From the NCBI RefSeq assembly GCF_009914755.1, contig NC_060939.1: 64,000 bases of DNA, one strand, 5' to 3'. This document shows, piece after piece, positions 13,182-27,023 of this stretch (positions are counted from its first letter, which is position 1; the number at the start of each line of letters is the position of its first letter). The translations under genes were made by a program, and so were the position numbers. Below the pieces are notes generated by a model. It did no database searches. It saw only the letters and a program-made list of their open reading frames with translations, and was not told where the DNA came from. The DNA is from the human T2T-CHM13v2.0 reference genome, Homo sapiens.

Positions 13182-13262
13182 CACCCATCCATCCACCCTC
13201 CCACCCACCAGTCTCCCTTTCATCATCTGCCCCTTCACTCATCTACCCACCCATCCACCCAT
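13182..13262. repeat. Degenerate (CCAT/CCAC)n simple repeat
   Basis: cacccatccatccaccctcccacccacc...ctacccacccatccaccc. Confidence 0.7.
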
Positions 13263-13888
13263 CGTTCCACACCCAGCCTCCGATGCAGCCAGCTCCTACG
13301 CAATGGAGCCAGCAGAGCCAGCACAGAACCTCACCGGCAACCCGGCTGGCTGCCTGGAGGTCTCTCATGGTGGCGTCTACTTTGAGAAAGTACCACGGGC
13401 CTTGCTGCCAGCACTGGAGACATAGGAATCTGCTTTGGTGAGCTGGGTGCTAAGGAGATTCATCTCTCTGTGGCAGATTCACATTTACCAAGCTCACAGG
13501 GACTGATATTTATATACATACCCTGATGCCAATTTATTAATTTATAATAAGAAATGCTACTCAAGTGCAGCGGATGTTTGTCTTGGCAGAATAGCATCGC
13601 TCCCAGTAGGCAAGCTACAGTAGGAAGTCAAATTATCATCAAAACGCTGGGTTAGGAATTCACAACGAGAAATAGAACTTCTGAGGGTTTTCTGGGTACA
13701 TGTATACTCCTGGGTCCGCTTCTCTCCCCAAAAGCAAGTTACAAGAGAAGATGATCTGAAGTCTCTCTGGTGAACCTGAATTAGAGAGCTGAGGTGGCAC
13801 AGGGTTGTTGGTCATATGATTTGCTATCTGATGGCCTGATGCACCTGTCCCACCACAGCCCCAGATCTGTCTCAGGCATCCTCTGGCC

Positions 13889-14208
13889 TGGAGGTCAGCG
13901 AGTTCCAACCCCCACCGCCTAGTTTTTAGACAGCCTGCAAGCTAAGAATGGTTTTTACATTTTTAAATGATTGAGGGGGAAATGAGAAGAAGAATAATAT
14001 TTCATGACATGTGATAATTATACGAAATTCAAATTTCAGTGCCCCAAAATAAAGTTTTAATGGAACACAGCCACATTTGTTCGTTACATATTATCTATGG
14101 TTGCTTTTGCGCTGCAACTGCAGATTTGAGACGTGGCAACAGACTGTTTAGCTTGAAAAGCTGAAAATATTTCCCCGCTGGCCCTTTATAGAAGTCTGCC
14201 GACCCCTC
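13889..14208 (+). mobile_element. MER58B hAT-Charlie MITE
   Basis: cagcctgcaagctaagaatggtttttacatttttaaatg..aaattcaaatttcagtg..aataaagtttta.tggaacacagccac; right TIR tgccgacccct. Confidence 0.9.
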
Positions 14209-14526
14209 TCCCTTTGGTGGCCTTTGTCCCTTTACTGAACTGCTGCCATTCTTCAGCTCTGTTGACCTGAGATCGTCCACAGATCACCTGGCCTTCACAA
14301 GTCAACAAACTCCCAGCTTTGTTTGAAACTTTTATCAGAGGTGAAAGGCTGGTAAGAAGACCATGGTCTCTCCAGTGGTTCAGGCTTCAGGTACCCTGGG
14401 CAGGCTGTCCATCTCCAGGGAGAATGTTCTCTGAGGGAGAATGAACAGCACAACTGAGACCCTGTGGCCTTCCTCTGCTTTAAGACTGTGAAGCGTCGTC
14501 TGGAGTTCTTAAGAGGCAGCTGTGTG

Positions 14527-14635
14527 GGAGAGAGAGAGAGAAAAAGAAGAGGAGGTGAGGGAGGGGAAGGGGAGAGGGAGCAAAGAGACAGAACAAGAAG
14601 GAGCCCAGGAGAAGGCGGGAGGGGAAGCAGAGAGA
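14527..14635. repeat. GA-rich polypurine low-complexity tract
   Basis: gggagagagagagagaaaaagaagaggaggtgagggaggggaagggg... Confidence 0.8.
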
Positions 14636-15369
14636 TTCACCGCCCTGTAGGAAGCATTCAAAGCATTCAAATGGCAGTGGCTCCAGGCCCATTGGTCCAT
14701 TCTTCCAGGACTCCTTTGTCCTGAGCCTGGGAGGTGTGGGCGAGCTTGTCCAGGAGTGCCCAGGGTGGTATGGGCACAGCTGGGCGCTTGGGCAGTCAGG
14801 TTCTGGGCATGGCCTCCCATGTTCCCTCTGCCCTGCTGGGGACTGGGTTTCTGCCTCCTCTTGAGTAGCTGAGGAGGCTGGGCAGGATTCAGATTGAGCT
14901 TTAGGGGCATTCAGGTTGACAGGCCCCTCAAAGATGAGAAAGGGGGGCTTTCTCTGCATTTGGTGGCACCTGTCCTGTGGTCCAGAGCCAGCTCCAACCC
15001 TGCCTCAGCTGGCTTCTGCTGGCCTCAAATGTAGGCCCTGGGCAGGATAGTGCAGACCACACAGAGGTACCAGAGAAGATGGGGCACTGAAACCCAGAGT
15101 CTGAGATCCTTGCTTCAGGCACTGTCCTCTACTCCAAACTGCCAGGAGAAAATAAACCCTGGTTTGTTTCGCATCTGCCTCACTTAGCCAGGCTTCCAGA
15201 GGCCATGGACAGAAGGCTGTAATTAAACAAATAAAGCAAAGAGAAGAAAACCTTTAAAACAACAATTAAGCAAAGCAAACAGAAGACAACCTTTAAAACA
15301 AGATGTCCACGGGAAAGCACATTTATTGTCTTTCCTGCTACTGGCATAGGCCTTAAGCTGGAAGCACCT

Positions 15370-15478
15370 GTCCTCCCATTTTATGGATGGAGAAGTCAAG
15401 GCCTCAGGTTACAAAGAGCCAGACACAGCCATGATGGGTCTTAGGCCTCCTGACCTCGAGTCCAGGACTCCTGTCTCT
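15370..15478 (-). mobile_element. MIR fragment
   Basis: ctcccattttatggatggagaagtcaaggcc. Confidence 0.6.
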
Positions 15479-15483
15479 ACAGA

Positions 15484-15703
15484 GAGGCAGCGTAACATCA
15501 CAGAACGGTTAAGACCTTGGGCTCTTGTGTCAGAAAGACATGAGTTCAATGCCTGCCCCCATTCCTAGACAGTGCAAGTTTCAATCTCCTTTATAAAATG
15601 GGAATGTCACAAAGAGAACTGACCCACAGGTTGTTTTGAGGAATTAAAAAAGAGACTCCTTGTCAAGTGCCTGGCACATGTAGTTGGCCAACATGTATTA
15701 ACT
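15484..15703 (+). mobile_element. MIR SINE (head-to-head with previous)
   Basis: gaggcagcgtaaca..ggttaaga..gtcagaaagacatgagttcaa..tataaaatggga..ggttgttttgagga..gtgcctggcacatgtag. Confidence 0.8.
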
Positions 15704-15715
15704 TTAAAAAGTCTC

Positions 15716-16300
<585 letters not shown>

Positions 16301-16828
16301 GTGAGGCTGCCTCACTGGGCAGTCCTGGGGGCATTCTCTTTGCCAATGAAGGGTCGCTATTTGGCCTCCCATGGCCTGAGCTCGTCATACCCTCCCTCCA
16401 GTGTCAGCTCTGGGACAGCAAACTGGTTCAATATTTGCTAAAGCCAAACACCATTTTGTTTCAGCAAATTTTCTGATGGAAAAAATTATTCTGTAATGAG
16501 GTCCCAAGTTAAATAGACTTGGCGTTTGGAATCATCTGGCCCTACACTTTGCCAGGTAAGATAGAAATGCGGTATGAGGATGAGGGGGATTAGTCTCCTT
16601 CACTGTCTCTCCCTCCAGAAAGTCCTCCTAGCTTTTACCCTCATAGGCACACACATAGATAGACACCCCGCCCCCCACCACCACATCCTAGCACCATTTA
16701 GCCTACATTCAGAATTTGTCTCATACCCCACCCAAGCACCCTGCCACAAATAGTTAGGCACAGTTACACTCACCTCTGAGCATATGCAGTCTCCCAGACT
16801 TACAATGTTATAGCTTCTGTGCACAAGT

Positions 16829-16882
16829 GCACGTGCATACACACACACATATGCACACACACACACACACATACACACACAC
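16829..16882. repeat. Imperfect (CA)n microsatellite
   Basis: Direct reading. Confidence 0.9.
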
Positions 16883-18134
16883 GGGGCTGTTCTGGGTGTT
16901 TCCTAAGGCCACTGCTCCACTGCTGCTTCTAATAACCTTCCAGATGCTGGAGAACAGAAGAATTGGGGGGTCCAGGACCTATGAAGGACTCCAGCCTCCC
17001 ATTTGCTGCTGTCTGCTTCCCCCAGGCTGGGAGGGCACATGCAATGCTCCTACCCAGCCCTGGCTGTGCAGAGCCCAGAACTGTAGGCACCTGCTCTAAC
17101 CATGTGCTCACTCAGAGTCGGTGGGGGCACTCCAGGAACACTCTATGGCCAGAGCCCAGGGAAGACCCCATGGGAGGCAGTGGAGTCCAGTGTGTCTGGT
17201 TCAGAATGGCCCGTGGACTAAAATCATGTCACTGCCAGGCTCCATGGGGATGTAGTTGGGTCTGACAGTCCTTGACTAATCTGTGCTTCTCTTCCTGAAA
17301 CCCTGGCACTCTGCCCTCTGCCAGCCCAGCCACCCACAGCCCTGGGCACTAACTCAGCTGAGACAGACTCAGGAGAGGGAGGAAGGAAGGGAAGAGCAGG
17401 GGCAGAGATCCAGTTCCAGAACCAGAGAAAGACACCACCTCAGACACATGGACCCAGATGGGCTCTGGTTTTCAGAATTAAACCTGGAAACTCTGGACCC
17501 TGCCTATGTCTGTTTTCCTGCCTATCACACCTCTCCCAGCCTTAGTCACCTCCGCAGTTGGGTGAGCGCGTCCCTGCTCTGGGGTCAGAAGGGAGGGGTG
17601 TCATCCACCCAGCAGATGCTGACTCGCACTTACAGCCTGTCACCCGACAGAGCAGGCTGCACCCAGGCTGCTGAGATGCGCCGGCTATTTTTGTGGATGA
17701 AGTATGATGTCACAGGTACAGGGACTTCCTGGATACCAGGGGGAGTGGCAGCTGGGAGGGAGACCTGTGCCTGCTCCACTGCTTAGCTCCAATGGTCCCT
17801 GGTCAGGGGTGGTCTCCAGGGTCACCAACAGCTTTCTCTTTCCATTGGCCTGCCCGTCCTGCAGGGGAGGAGTCCAAGCATTTCTCAACATCTCGGTGTG
17901 CCTAGGCCTGAGCCAGGGTGCTCTGGGGACAGAGCTCACCAACAGTAGGAAGATTCCTGGGTCCCGGACCAGTTGGGAATATGTGCAGTCAGGTGCCCAA
18001 CCTTGAGTGCCCCAGGGGTTCTGAGATGAGAATTCCCCATGGTGGTGCAGTGGTCAGGGAAGCCTTAAGAGGACTGGCATCCTAGCCAGGGCTGGTGGGA
18101 GCCAAGACTCAGCGGCCAGGGGAATAGTGAACAT

Positions 18135-18335
18135 GCCCTGAGGGCTCACCATAAGCCAGGACTTGTTCCAGTGCTTGTACATGGCTCAGTTTATTTAACC
18201 TTCATAACAGCTAAGGCACAGAGAAGTTAAATAACTTGCCCAAGGTCACACAGCTAGTTAGTGACAAGGCCTAGATGTGAACCCAAGGCAATCTAGTTCA
18301 GAGACCATGCTCATAGCCACTTGGCTCTGCTTTGT
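18135..18335 (-). mobile_element. MIR SINE
   Basis: ctaaggcacagagaagttaaataacttgcccaaggtcacacagctagttagtgac..gaacccaaggcaatct. Confidence 0.9.
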
Positions 18336-18424
18336 ATGTAGAAATTATCCTGCTAGAGGAAGGGTTTAGGGTGGGGGAAGTTGGAGAGGCAAGGACATGG
18401 GGAGGGAGTTGTAAAGGGACTGCA

Positions 18425-18707
<283 letters not shown>

Positions 18708-21289
18708 TGGGACTGAAATGCCAAAGAGAGGATTTGAGAGCTGATCCGATGGGTGACTGAGAGCTGATCCCAGGGATTAGGAGAGGTGATAGCCCCTGCA
18801 TGACCCCTATACACTTCCCTAACTATATCAGCCCACCCCTGGCTCAGAGGAAGAAGGGATGTTGCAGGTGAACTGAGATGCTTTTTGCTTTGTCTGTCCA
18901 ATCTCCACCCTTCTTCTTGTAACAGAGTGCCATTCCTCAGGGACCTGCCAATCACAGAATATCCCCCCCACCCTCCCCACAGGGACAGGCACATGATCCA
19001 AGCATGGCCAGTCAACATCTCTTGAAAATTTAGAACCCAGGAAAGACAGCCCTTCTCCGCAGGTAGCTCTGGGCAGAGAGAGCCCTGGAGCAGCCTGTGG
19101 GCAATATGCTGGCCTGTGGAGAGGGCTGGCAGGAGAAAAAGAGGCTGGCAGCCAGCGGAAGCAGGGGAGACCCCAAGAGGGAGGCCGTGTGGCTTAGGAG
19201 TCTCACTTTCAGTCTCCACGAGGCTTGCTACTCCCCTGGCCTTCCCTACCACTTGGTTTTGTGATCCAGCGACATCTCTTTGTGCCCACCTGGCTCAAAT
19301 TGGGTTTCCATCATTTGTTACTACAAGGGCCCTAAAAGGTAGTGCCTCCTAGACTGGAGAAGGGACCTTTGAGAGCCCCTAGTGAAGTCTCTATGCAGAA
19401 CTCAGGGTCCCCTGACGGATATCCACTCACCTCTCCCAAGATGGGGAGATCACCCTGCGCATATGCTCTGTCCAAGTCCAGTCTGTACGACGCTGGGGTC
19501 AGGGATGAATGGGACAGTCTATGCCCCTGAAGCTCTAAGCCTGACAGGGAGACAGACCTCAGACGGGGAGCACACACCATAGCAGAATGGAGCCTGGACA
19601 GTGTGGAAGTGCCACCCCCAACCATAAGAGCCAGCCCCCATCCCCTGATCCTGAGCTGCCTCCATATAAACTTTTGGGGGATGAGGGGGAAGACTAATTC
19701 TGGAGACCCAGGGTCTATCCGGCCTGGCTGCCTGCCCCAGCCCTGGGAAAGAGCCTGGCCCATCTCTGAGCAGATGAGCCAGCCTGGGCCAGGTACAACA
19801 AACACTGTTTGCTGGTCTTCCCCGGGTGTTGACCACTAGCCCTGGCTACTGTTCCAGCAGCAGGGCCTGCCTCCAGACTATTTAGGGAGGTTCTGGAAAA
19901 ACAGCAACAATACAACAAAACCTCAACACAGAATCATTGGAGCTGTCATTCCTTTCCCTGGAGCCAGTCCTTCCTCCCACAGTGCCAGCCCAGCTGCCCT
20001 CTGGTCCCTGCATCCCAGGTGGCTGTGCCGATGTTGGCAGCTGTGTGCTCTAGGTCAAGGTGCCTGTTGTCCCGCTATGTCCTTACCTTCTTCTGTGTGT
20101 GCCTTCCACTCTCTGTTCTGTTCCAGGTGTCTGGCTGGTTTCCTCATGCCTCTATCTCCCCCTCTCTCAGACAATGGTCTCTCTGAGATAGACGCTGGAG
20201 GCCCAAGCCTGGGTGATTCCACTTCCCCAAGTCAGCTGTTGCACCCCACCCTCTCTTCCCTTTCTAAGCTGACCAATTTCTCTCTCCCCTTAAAAATAGT
20301 TTAAAAAAAGTGTTTCCTAAATCCTGGAGCACTGGAATTTGGTGATTGTTCATGGAGATTTGGGCCAGCTGTTTCCTATGCTGGGGCTCTAGCAGGGCAG
20401 TGATAAGGGAGGGGAGAGGAACTCAGACCCAGGGAGGGAGGGAGGCCCTTGGTGGGCTCAGCAGCAGACCACCAGAGAGGACACTGTGTGAGTCCCTACC
20501 ATGTTGCATTTCACGCTGGGGACCTAGGCTCACTCAGGAGCTGTGATGCCAGGAGAACAAATCGTGGCAACACGCTCCACTTGGCTTTTGGACTTAAAAG
20601 CGTAACCCAAAGGGCAACTGACAATTTATGAATGACTCTTTCTGGCTGCCTAGGCTTGGTTCCAGGCCCCTTGTGTGTGTCCCTGTGCGTGTGCATATGG
20701 TTATGTGTATGCGTACTTGGCCCAATGTCTGCCTCTGAGCTCACATGTGCACACAAGCATGTATACATGCCAAGGCTTGGCTACATCTGCCTCTGTCTTC
20801 TGCTCATGACAAGAGCTAATCTACAGCAAAGCTGAGGAGTTTTAAGATTCTGAGGCTGGCACCTCCATGGACCCCTTGCTGTCTCTGGCCCTTGCCACCT
20901 TCCCAGCCAGCCCCTCTGCCCTTCCTTTCTGTACTGGAATCCCCATGAGGTGCCTCTCCTGACTGACAGGTGCACAATTTGATTCAATTTGTGGGTATAT
21001 GAAGAATACTGTTTATAAATGCAATATTTTCCTTAAAGCCTTATAAACCAGATTCGATACTTCTCACAGTCTCTGGAAGTTACCTTTCGGTAAGAGAAAT
21101 ATTAGAACATCTGCTCCTTGTCTGTTGGATAAGCTCCCCACCCTGGGAGCTGCTCCAGGCTTTCTCTAGCCTTTCCCCAAACTCACTATTCTGCCTCATT
21201 AGACCTTTCTGGACCCTCATCTCTCCGCACACAGGAGAATGAGGGGTGGGAGGAGGTGGCCTGGGGCCATGGGAGGACTGGGAGTCCTT

Positions 21290-21400
21290 GGGGGGCTCTT
21301 GGGTACCAGTCCTGTCTCTGCCAATCACTACTTTTGTGACCTTGTGCAAGTCTCTGCCTTTTTCTGACCTCAGTTTTCTTCTGTCTAAATTGGATACATT
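21290..21400 (+). mobile_element. MIR fragment
   Basis: tgtgaccttgtgcaagtctctgcctttttctgacctcagttttcttctgtctaaattgg. Confidence 0.75.
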
Positions 21401-21511
21401 AGGCAACACCAAGCCCTTGGCCTGGAGGATGGTCAGAACCTCCAAGGGTGGCTTTAGAGGTTTGCAAACTACTCGTTTAATTCACTGAGGCTCTGATTTG
21501 TTTTAAATCAT

Positions 21512-21992
21512 TTTACTGGTTTCCTGTGGCTTCTGTAACAAATTATCGCACACTGGGTGGCTTAAAACAACAGAAACTTTTTCTCTCACAGTTCTGGAGG
21601 CCTTAAGTCTGCAATCAATAGTACTGGGCTGGAATCAAGGACTTCAGCACAGCCACTCTCTGGAGGCTCTAGCAGAGAAGCTATTCCTGGCCTCCTGCAA
21701 ATTCTGCTGGCAGCTGACATTCCTGGGCTTGTGGCCACATCACTTCAGGCTCTGCCTCTGGGGTCACATTGCCTTCCTTCTGTGTACCCATCAGATCTCC
21801 CTCTTCCTCTCTCTTGTAAGGATACTTGTGATGGTATTTAGGGTCGATCTAGTTAATCCAACATAATCTCCTAGTCTCAAAATCATTAACTTAATCACAT
21901 CTGCAAAGACCCTTTTTCTAAATAAGGTAACATTTACAGGTCCCAGAGATTCGGGGCTGATATGTTTGGGGGCTGTCGTTCGGCCTACTACA
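21512..21992 (-). mobile_element. MLT1C-like MaLR solo LTR
   Basis: ctgtaacaaatta..ggtggcttaaaacaacagaaa..ctcacagttctggagg..ttaacttaatcacatctgcaaagaccc..cctactaca. Confidence 0.9.
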
Positions 21993-22689
21993 ACCAAAGG
22001 TGAAATAATTTAGAAATGTCGCTTACCACTAAAGTGAAGAATGAGATTTCTATATGAAGCAAAGGGAGGCAGGAGTTTTAAAAGCTTGAGTGAACAAAAC
22101 GACTTGCAAGGGTCCTCCCTGTCCTATCACTGCAATTTTAACTGCCACATGCTGAGGGAGACACAAATTAATTGAGTTTCCTTCAAAGCAACACACAATC
22201 AAAAAGTGAAATCCATTACCACTAGACAAAACTGATCCCAGGCACATGGCCTGAGATGCCCCTGTGGATAAAATGTTACCTGGATCCATGAGGGTCTTTG
22301 GTTCAGGGGGGAACCCCATTCCAGGGCCTCAAACGTCTCTGGCTCCTGGTTCCATGGTGGGCCCCAGGCTCAGGAAAGACAGAGCTCAGGCCAGGCTGGT
22401 GGATGGGTTGGAAAGGCCAAGATTGCAGGCCTACTGAATGCCCCAGAGATTCAGGGCCACACCTCAGCAGGAATACAGCCCAGGAAGAGGGGGCAGGCCC
22501 TCTGGTTATGCCCTCTGGCCTTGCTGTGAGAAGACGGCCACTTCTCAGACTATTCCAGACAAGCCTGTGGAGCCTCTGGGCCTACTGCCTTGAATTAGGT
22601 GCCTGTTACAATGGACCCCTTTGCTTCTCTCATGCCTGGCACATCCTGCCTGTAGCCTTATAGCCTCAGGGAGCAATAACCTGAGGATA

Positions 22690-22850
22690 GGAATGCGGGC
22701 AGAGTTTAAAATCAGACAGTCTCGTGCTCAAATCCTGGCCCTGTCGTTTGCCAGCTGAATTTGCTTGGGCAACTGATTTCACCTATCTGACTTGGGGACT
22801 GCCTCTGTGAAATGGAGACAATGCTCTCTGGGTCCTTGGGAGGCATGAGG
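22690..22850 (+). mobile_element. MIR fragment
   Basis: aatcagacag..ctcaaatcctggccctg..cttgggcaactgatttcacct..tctgtgaaatggagacaat. Confidence 0.7.
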
Positions 22851-23089
22851 GTGGAACTGTGCCCAGTAATAGTGGTCATTTTTATTTGGCTGGGGAAGAG
22901 ATTCACAGCGTGTACTTATTAGCAGCAAAAGCCAGGAGATCAAGGAATCCAGAGAGGCTGGGTTAGGTCATGTGCAGCTGAAATGATTGAGGAGCAGAAG
23001 CTGTGTAGGAGCCAATGTGACCCCAGGCTATAGGAACAGAGATAGCCAGTTGGAGGCAGGACAGAAGGAAGCAGGCAGGATGACATTCA

Positions 23090-23340
23090 AATGCCTTATG
23101 GAGGTCTACAAGACCCTATGTGGCTGCCCTGCTCACTTCTCTGGCCCTTTCTGCCCCTGCTCCTCCAGATATGCTGTGTCCAGCCTCACTGGCCTTTTTA
23201 TCATTCTCTCAGTGTTCCAAGCTCCTTGCCACCTCTGGGCCTTTGCACATGCTGTGCTTCCTTACCACTCAGCTAAACTTACTTACCGTTCAGTCTCAGC
23301 TTAAATATCACTTTTTCAAGGAAGCTCTCCCACAAAGACA
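23090..23340 (+). mobile_element. L2 fragment
   Basis: tctacaagaccct..tccagcctcactggcctt..gggcctttgcacatgctgt..tctcagcttaaatatcact. Confidence 0.8.
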
Positions 23341-26300
23341 GTTTCCCAGGTCTATGTTCATCAGCACAGGTCACTGGTTCATTAACACTGGACCACGTGC
23401 CAACCTACCTCTGTCCCATGAGCAGCAGCCAGGTGAGGTGGTTGCTGGTGGGACAAAGCATGGGGCTCAGGGGCTGTGGCAGGGAGGACTTTCTTGGATG
23501 CAGCTCTGAGCAGGCAGGTGCCATAAGGCATGTCTGAGGCACACAGAGAGAAGACAGGGAGGTCAGTTGATAACCCAGAGCCCCTAGTGACCAATAAGTC
23601 CACATCCACTCTCTGCCGGGGGATACCTGTGATGAGGAGGGGAGTGATTTGTCTAAAGCCATTCAAAGGATGAAGGCAGGGCTGGTCTCCTGACCTCAGC
23701 TAAGGATGCCTTCCAATGCCCTGGGCTGCAGAGAGAGGAGCTGGGCTAATGAGAACTGGGGCAAAAATCGGGAGCCCAGGGCTGTGTGGCTGGGAATTCA
23801 GAGAGGAGGAAGGTGGGTTTGTGTGAAGGTACTGGCAGGGATCTCCTGGGCCAATGTGACCCCAGGCTGCCCACACCTAGGCTGCATTCTCCTCGGCCAA
23901 GCTAGCCAAGGTAACCCTGCCTGGGCCCAGACTTCCAGTGCTGGGCAGGAAAGGATGGCTGTGATTCTTGGCTGATGGCATCTTGAGCCCTTCTTTTTCC
24001 ATATCCCTTTTCTTGTTTTATTTTGTTGTCTTATTAAATAAAAAAAAAAGATGGGTCTCTTCTAGCTGGACCCACACTGCAGGTCCTGAAGGTAGAAGCC
24101 AGGCCACCTAAGGAGGGATCTGGAAAGGGGTGAGGAGTGTTCTGCAAATTGTGGGCGAGTCTCCTGTCTCCACCTGGGGAAGCTGCTGGTGCACTGTGAG
24201 GGTCTTTGGAGGGCCCTCCTCTTTTGGCTACTAGCGTCTCACAGAGCCCCTTTATTTCCACCCCCATCCAATCTGCTTTACCATGCAGGCCACTGAGAAG
24301 GGTCGCAGCCTGAGTCCTTCCATCTTTGAGGGAAGTACATTTTCTTTGTGACTAGAAGGTATGGCACCAACTGCTGGGTCTGGGGCCTCCATGGGGAAGC
24401 AGGTAACTAAGGGAGACTTGGAACCTTCACTGCCTGGGGTAAGCCTGGTGCCCTGGATGGGATGGGAGGAGTGAATGTAACATGGGCAGTGAGCCGGGGA
24501 GTGGGCGGGGGTCAGGGTCCAGCTCTGACCACTTTTATATCTTGGGTCTGGTGTTAGGCTGGGGATGTGTGTAATTAGTTGGCTAAAATTAAGAGGTCTA
24601 TTGTGCCCCTAACTCCTTAGAGGCCAGGCAGGGGTTTCCAGCAGTAGCCGCACCTCCTCCCCACAGGGACCGATGGCATGGTCGGTGGCTATGCCGGCAC
24701 TTCTGCGGCTCACTTCATTCTGTCAGGATAAGAGTCCTGAGTGGGAGACAGGCCGGCCTGGTTATGCCCTTTACAGGTAAAGGGGGTAGATATAGAGCAG
24801 ATAAACTAGGCCAGGGATGGGAAGGGACTTGCCAGCACCCCTGCTCCCCTGGCCAGCACAGGAGTGGCTGCTGCAGGAACGGAGGGCCCAGAGAGGGGCA
24901 TTGGGCCCAGCAAAATAGCTCCAAGGCCACACAGGTCAAAGCCCTGGGTTACCTTGTTCCCCCACGCAGCAGCAGGGCTGGCGAAGCAGGAGGAGAAGGC
25001 AGGGCAGGACTGGTGCCCTCCAAACCTCAGCCAGCACCCCAGGCCCAGGCCTGCCTCTGCTGGTCCCAACATTAGCCACATGGGTTGTAACTCAAGCTAC
25101 ACAGCATCCTGGGCCATCTCTCCTCTTTTGGGGACAGTTGTGTGACGTCCTGTTCCTGACCATGTGTCAAGCCACCTGAAGGCAGCGGTGCTGTCCCACC
25201 CCAACGTGGTATTCCCCTCTGCTCCCCTGCCCTTGGCGGGAGGACCATGCCCAGAGAATGAGGGTTGGGAGGACTCAAGTGGTCTGGGCAGCTGCCGGGA
25301 GGAGGCATGTGAAAGACAGAAGGACTTTGGAAAGGGAGGCAGACTCAGGGGAGGGATCCCAGGAGAAGGGAGATGCACCCTGAGCAGAAGGAAAGATGAG
25401 GCCATGGAAATGCCTGGTGTTTGTGGAGGCCAGGTGGCCTTCATCCTAGGGGAGGGAGCAGGAAGGACTCCTGTGCAGGGCCTTGAGTGATCAGCCATGA
25501 GAAGAGGATTTGTCTTCAGGGTAGAGAAGGATCACCCTGGGGCCTTCCTGAGCTGGTGGGGACACTCCCTGCACATTCGTTCCCGCCACTCTCTAGGGCT
25601 GCCAGCTGGCCTCCCTTCCTGGTGCTGCCATCACTCCTCCTCTCTCCTGAGGACTCCGATACTGGGCTCAGGCTCCAGCTCCTTTCTACGGGGTGAGTGA
25701 AACCAAATGGGCGGGTTTGCTGGCAAGGGGCAGGAGGCACCAGGGCACGGTAGGGTGGAGAGGAGGCCAGTTCCAAAGGCTGGGGTCTGGGCTCCAACCA
25801 CACTCTGCATTCACTGCCTCCTCCCTGAGTAAACCAGGCACTCTCCTGGGCCTCAGGCTCCTCCTGACAACCAGCAGGATGCCAGCTTCTTTTGGGACTG
25901 CACCAGCGTGGGGCTGTGGCACAGGGCCGGGTGTGAGCAGCTGGTCTGCCCTGCAGCTGCTGCAGAGAGCAGCTCCCGTCCTGGGGGCAGGGGCCATGTG
26001 GTCTGTATTTCTCAGTGTGTCTCCACCTCTGCTTCTCTGTCCATTTTCCTCTGTATCTCTTGGTAGCTGCTGCTGCTTCTTTCTTATCTTCCTCCTGGAC
26101 CCTGGAAATCCCTGTAATTCTGCTGTCAATCTCTTCTTCCCTTTTTTAGTTTCTTTTCCCCACTATCTCCCTCATCTCCGAACACCCACACCCAGCCAGC
26201 TCCACATGTGCTGCACTTTTCTTGGAAGCAGCTCTCACGGCTGTCCCCTGTCAAGGCTGCCACCCTGGTTCAGATGCCCAGTGGCCTCTGTCTTAAATTG

Positions 26301-26880
26301 CTACAGAAATCTCCAATGGCTCCTATTTCTTTCTTGAAACCACTGCCAAAATATTTTCCCAGAATACCATTTCTCCTTGTCTCTCCCTAGGTCAAAAACT
26401 GAGCACCATTCCCGGTGCCTTGAGTGCAAACCATTCCTCTTAGTACTCAGACCCTCCGTTCTCCGTCTGGGTCCCCCAAGTTAGAGCAAGGAAGAGATTG
26501 GCATATGACCTGTCAGAGGTAGGGCGCTGCATACAGATAAGGGGGCTTGGGAGTTGGGGCTAGCTTAGAGAGGGTAGGGACTTCCCCAGTGAGTGTTGGA
26601 GGAGGCATTGCTGAAACCAGAGGCAGAATTGTAGCTGGAAGGAACTGGGAAACACCCCAGAGAATGTGCTGAAGCAGAGTGGCAATAGAGGTGCCAGGAT
26701 ACTAGGGCCATGACTGGAGAATCCGGGTGGGATGAAAGAATTTCTACATCTAAAGCTGTTCTCTAAGGTCAGCAATCAGAACTACATTCCTGATCCAAGA
26801 ACCTGCGTGGTCCCTGGGCCAGCACAACATGATGCCAATAAAGTCAGAAGCTGGTCTTTCTGATGCTGCAGGGGTCAAGA

Positions 26881-27023
26881 TTTATTTTGTTGTCATTTGT
26901 TTGTTTTTTGAGACAGAGTCTCACTTTGTTGCCCAGGCTGGTGTTGGACTCCTGGCCTAAAGCAATCCTCCCACCTCAGCCTCCCAGTGTAGGGATTATA
27001 GGCATGAACCACTGTGCCCAACT
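26881..27023 (-). mobile_element. FLAM (free left Alu monomer)
   Basis: gagacagagtctcactttgttgcccaggctggtgttggactcctggcc..gcaatcctcccacctcagcc; TSD-like tcaaga on both sides. Confidence 0.85.

Noticed and set aside
20966-21113. AT-rich block with caggtg...catctg ends (possible MITE)
   Set aside because: Terminal similarity too short and no TSD; cannot assign
25693-26337. 214-aa ORF
   Set aside because: GTG start, composition typical of chance ORFs in GC-rich DNA, no domain or exon structure
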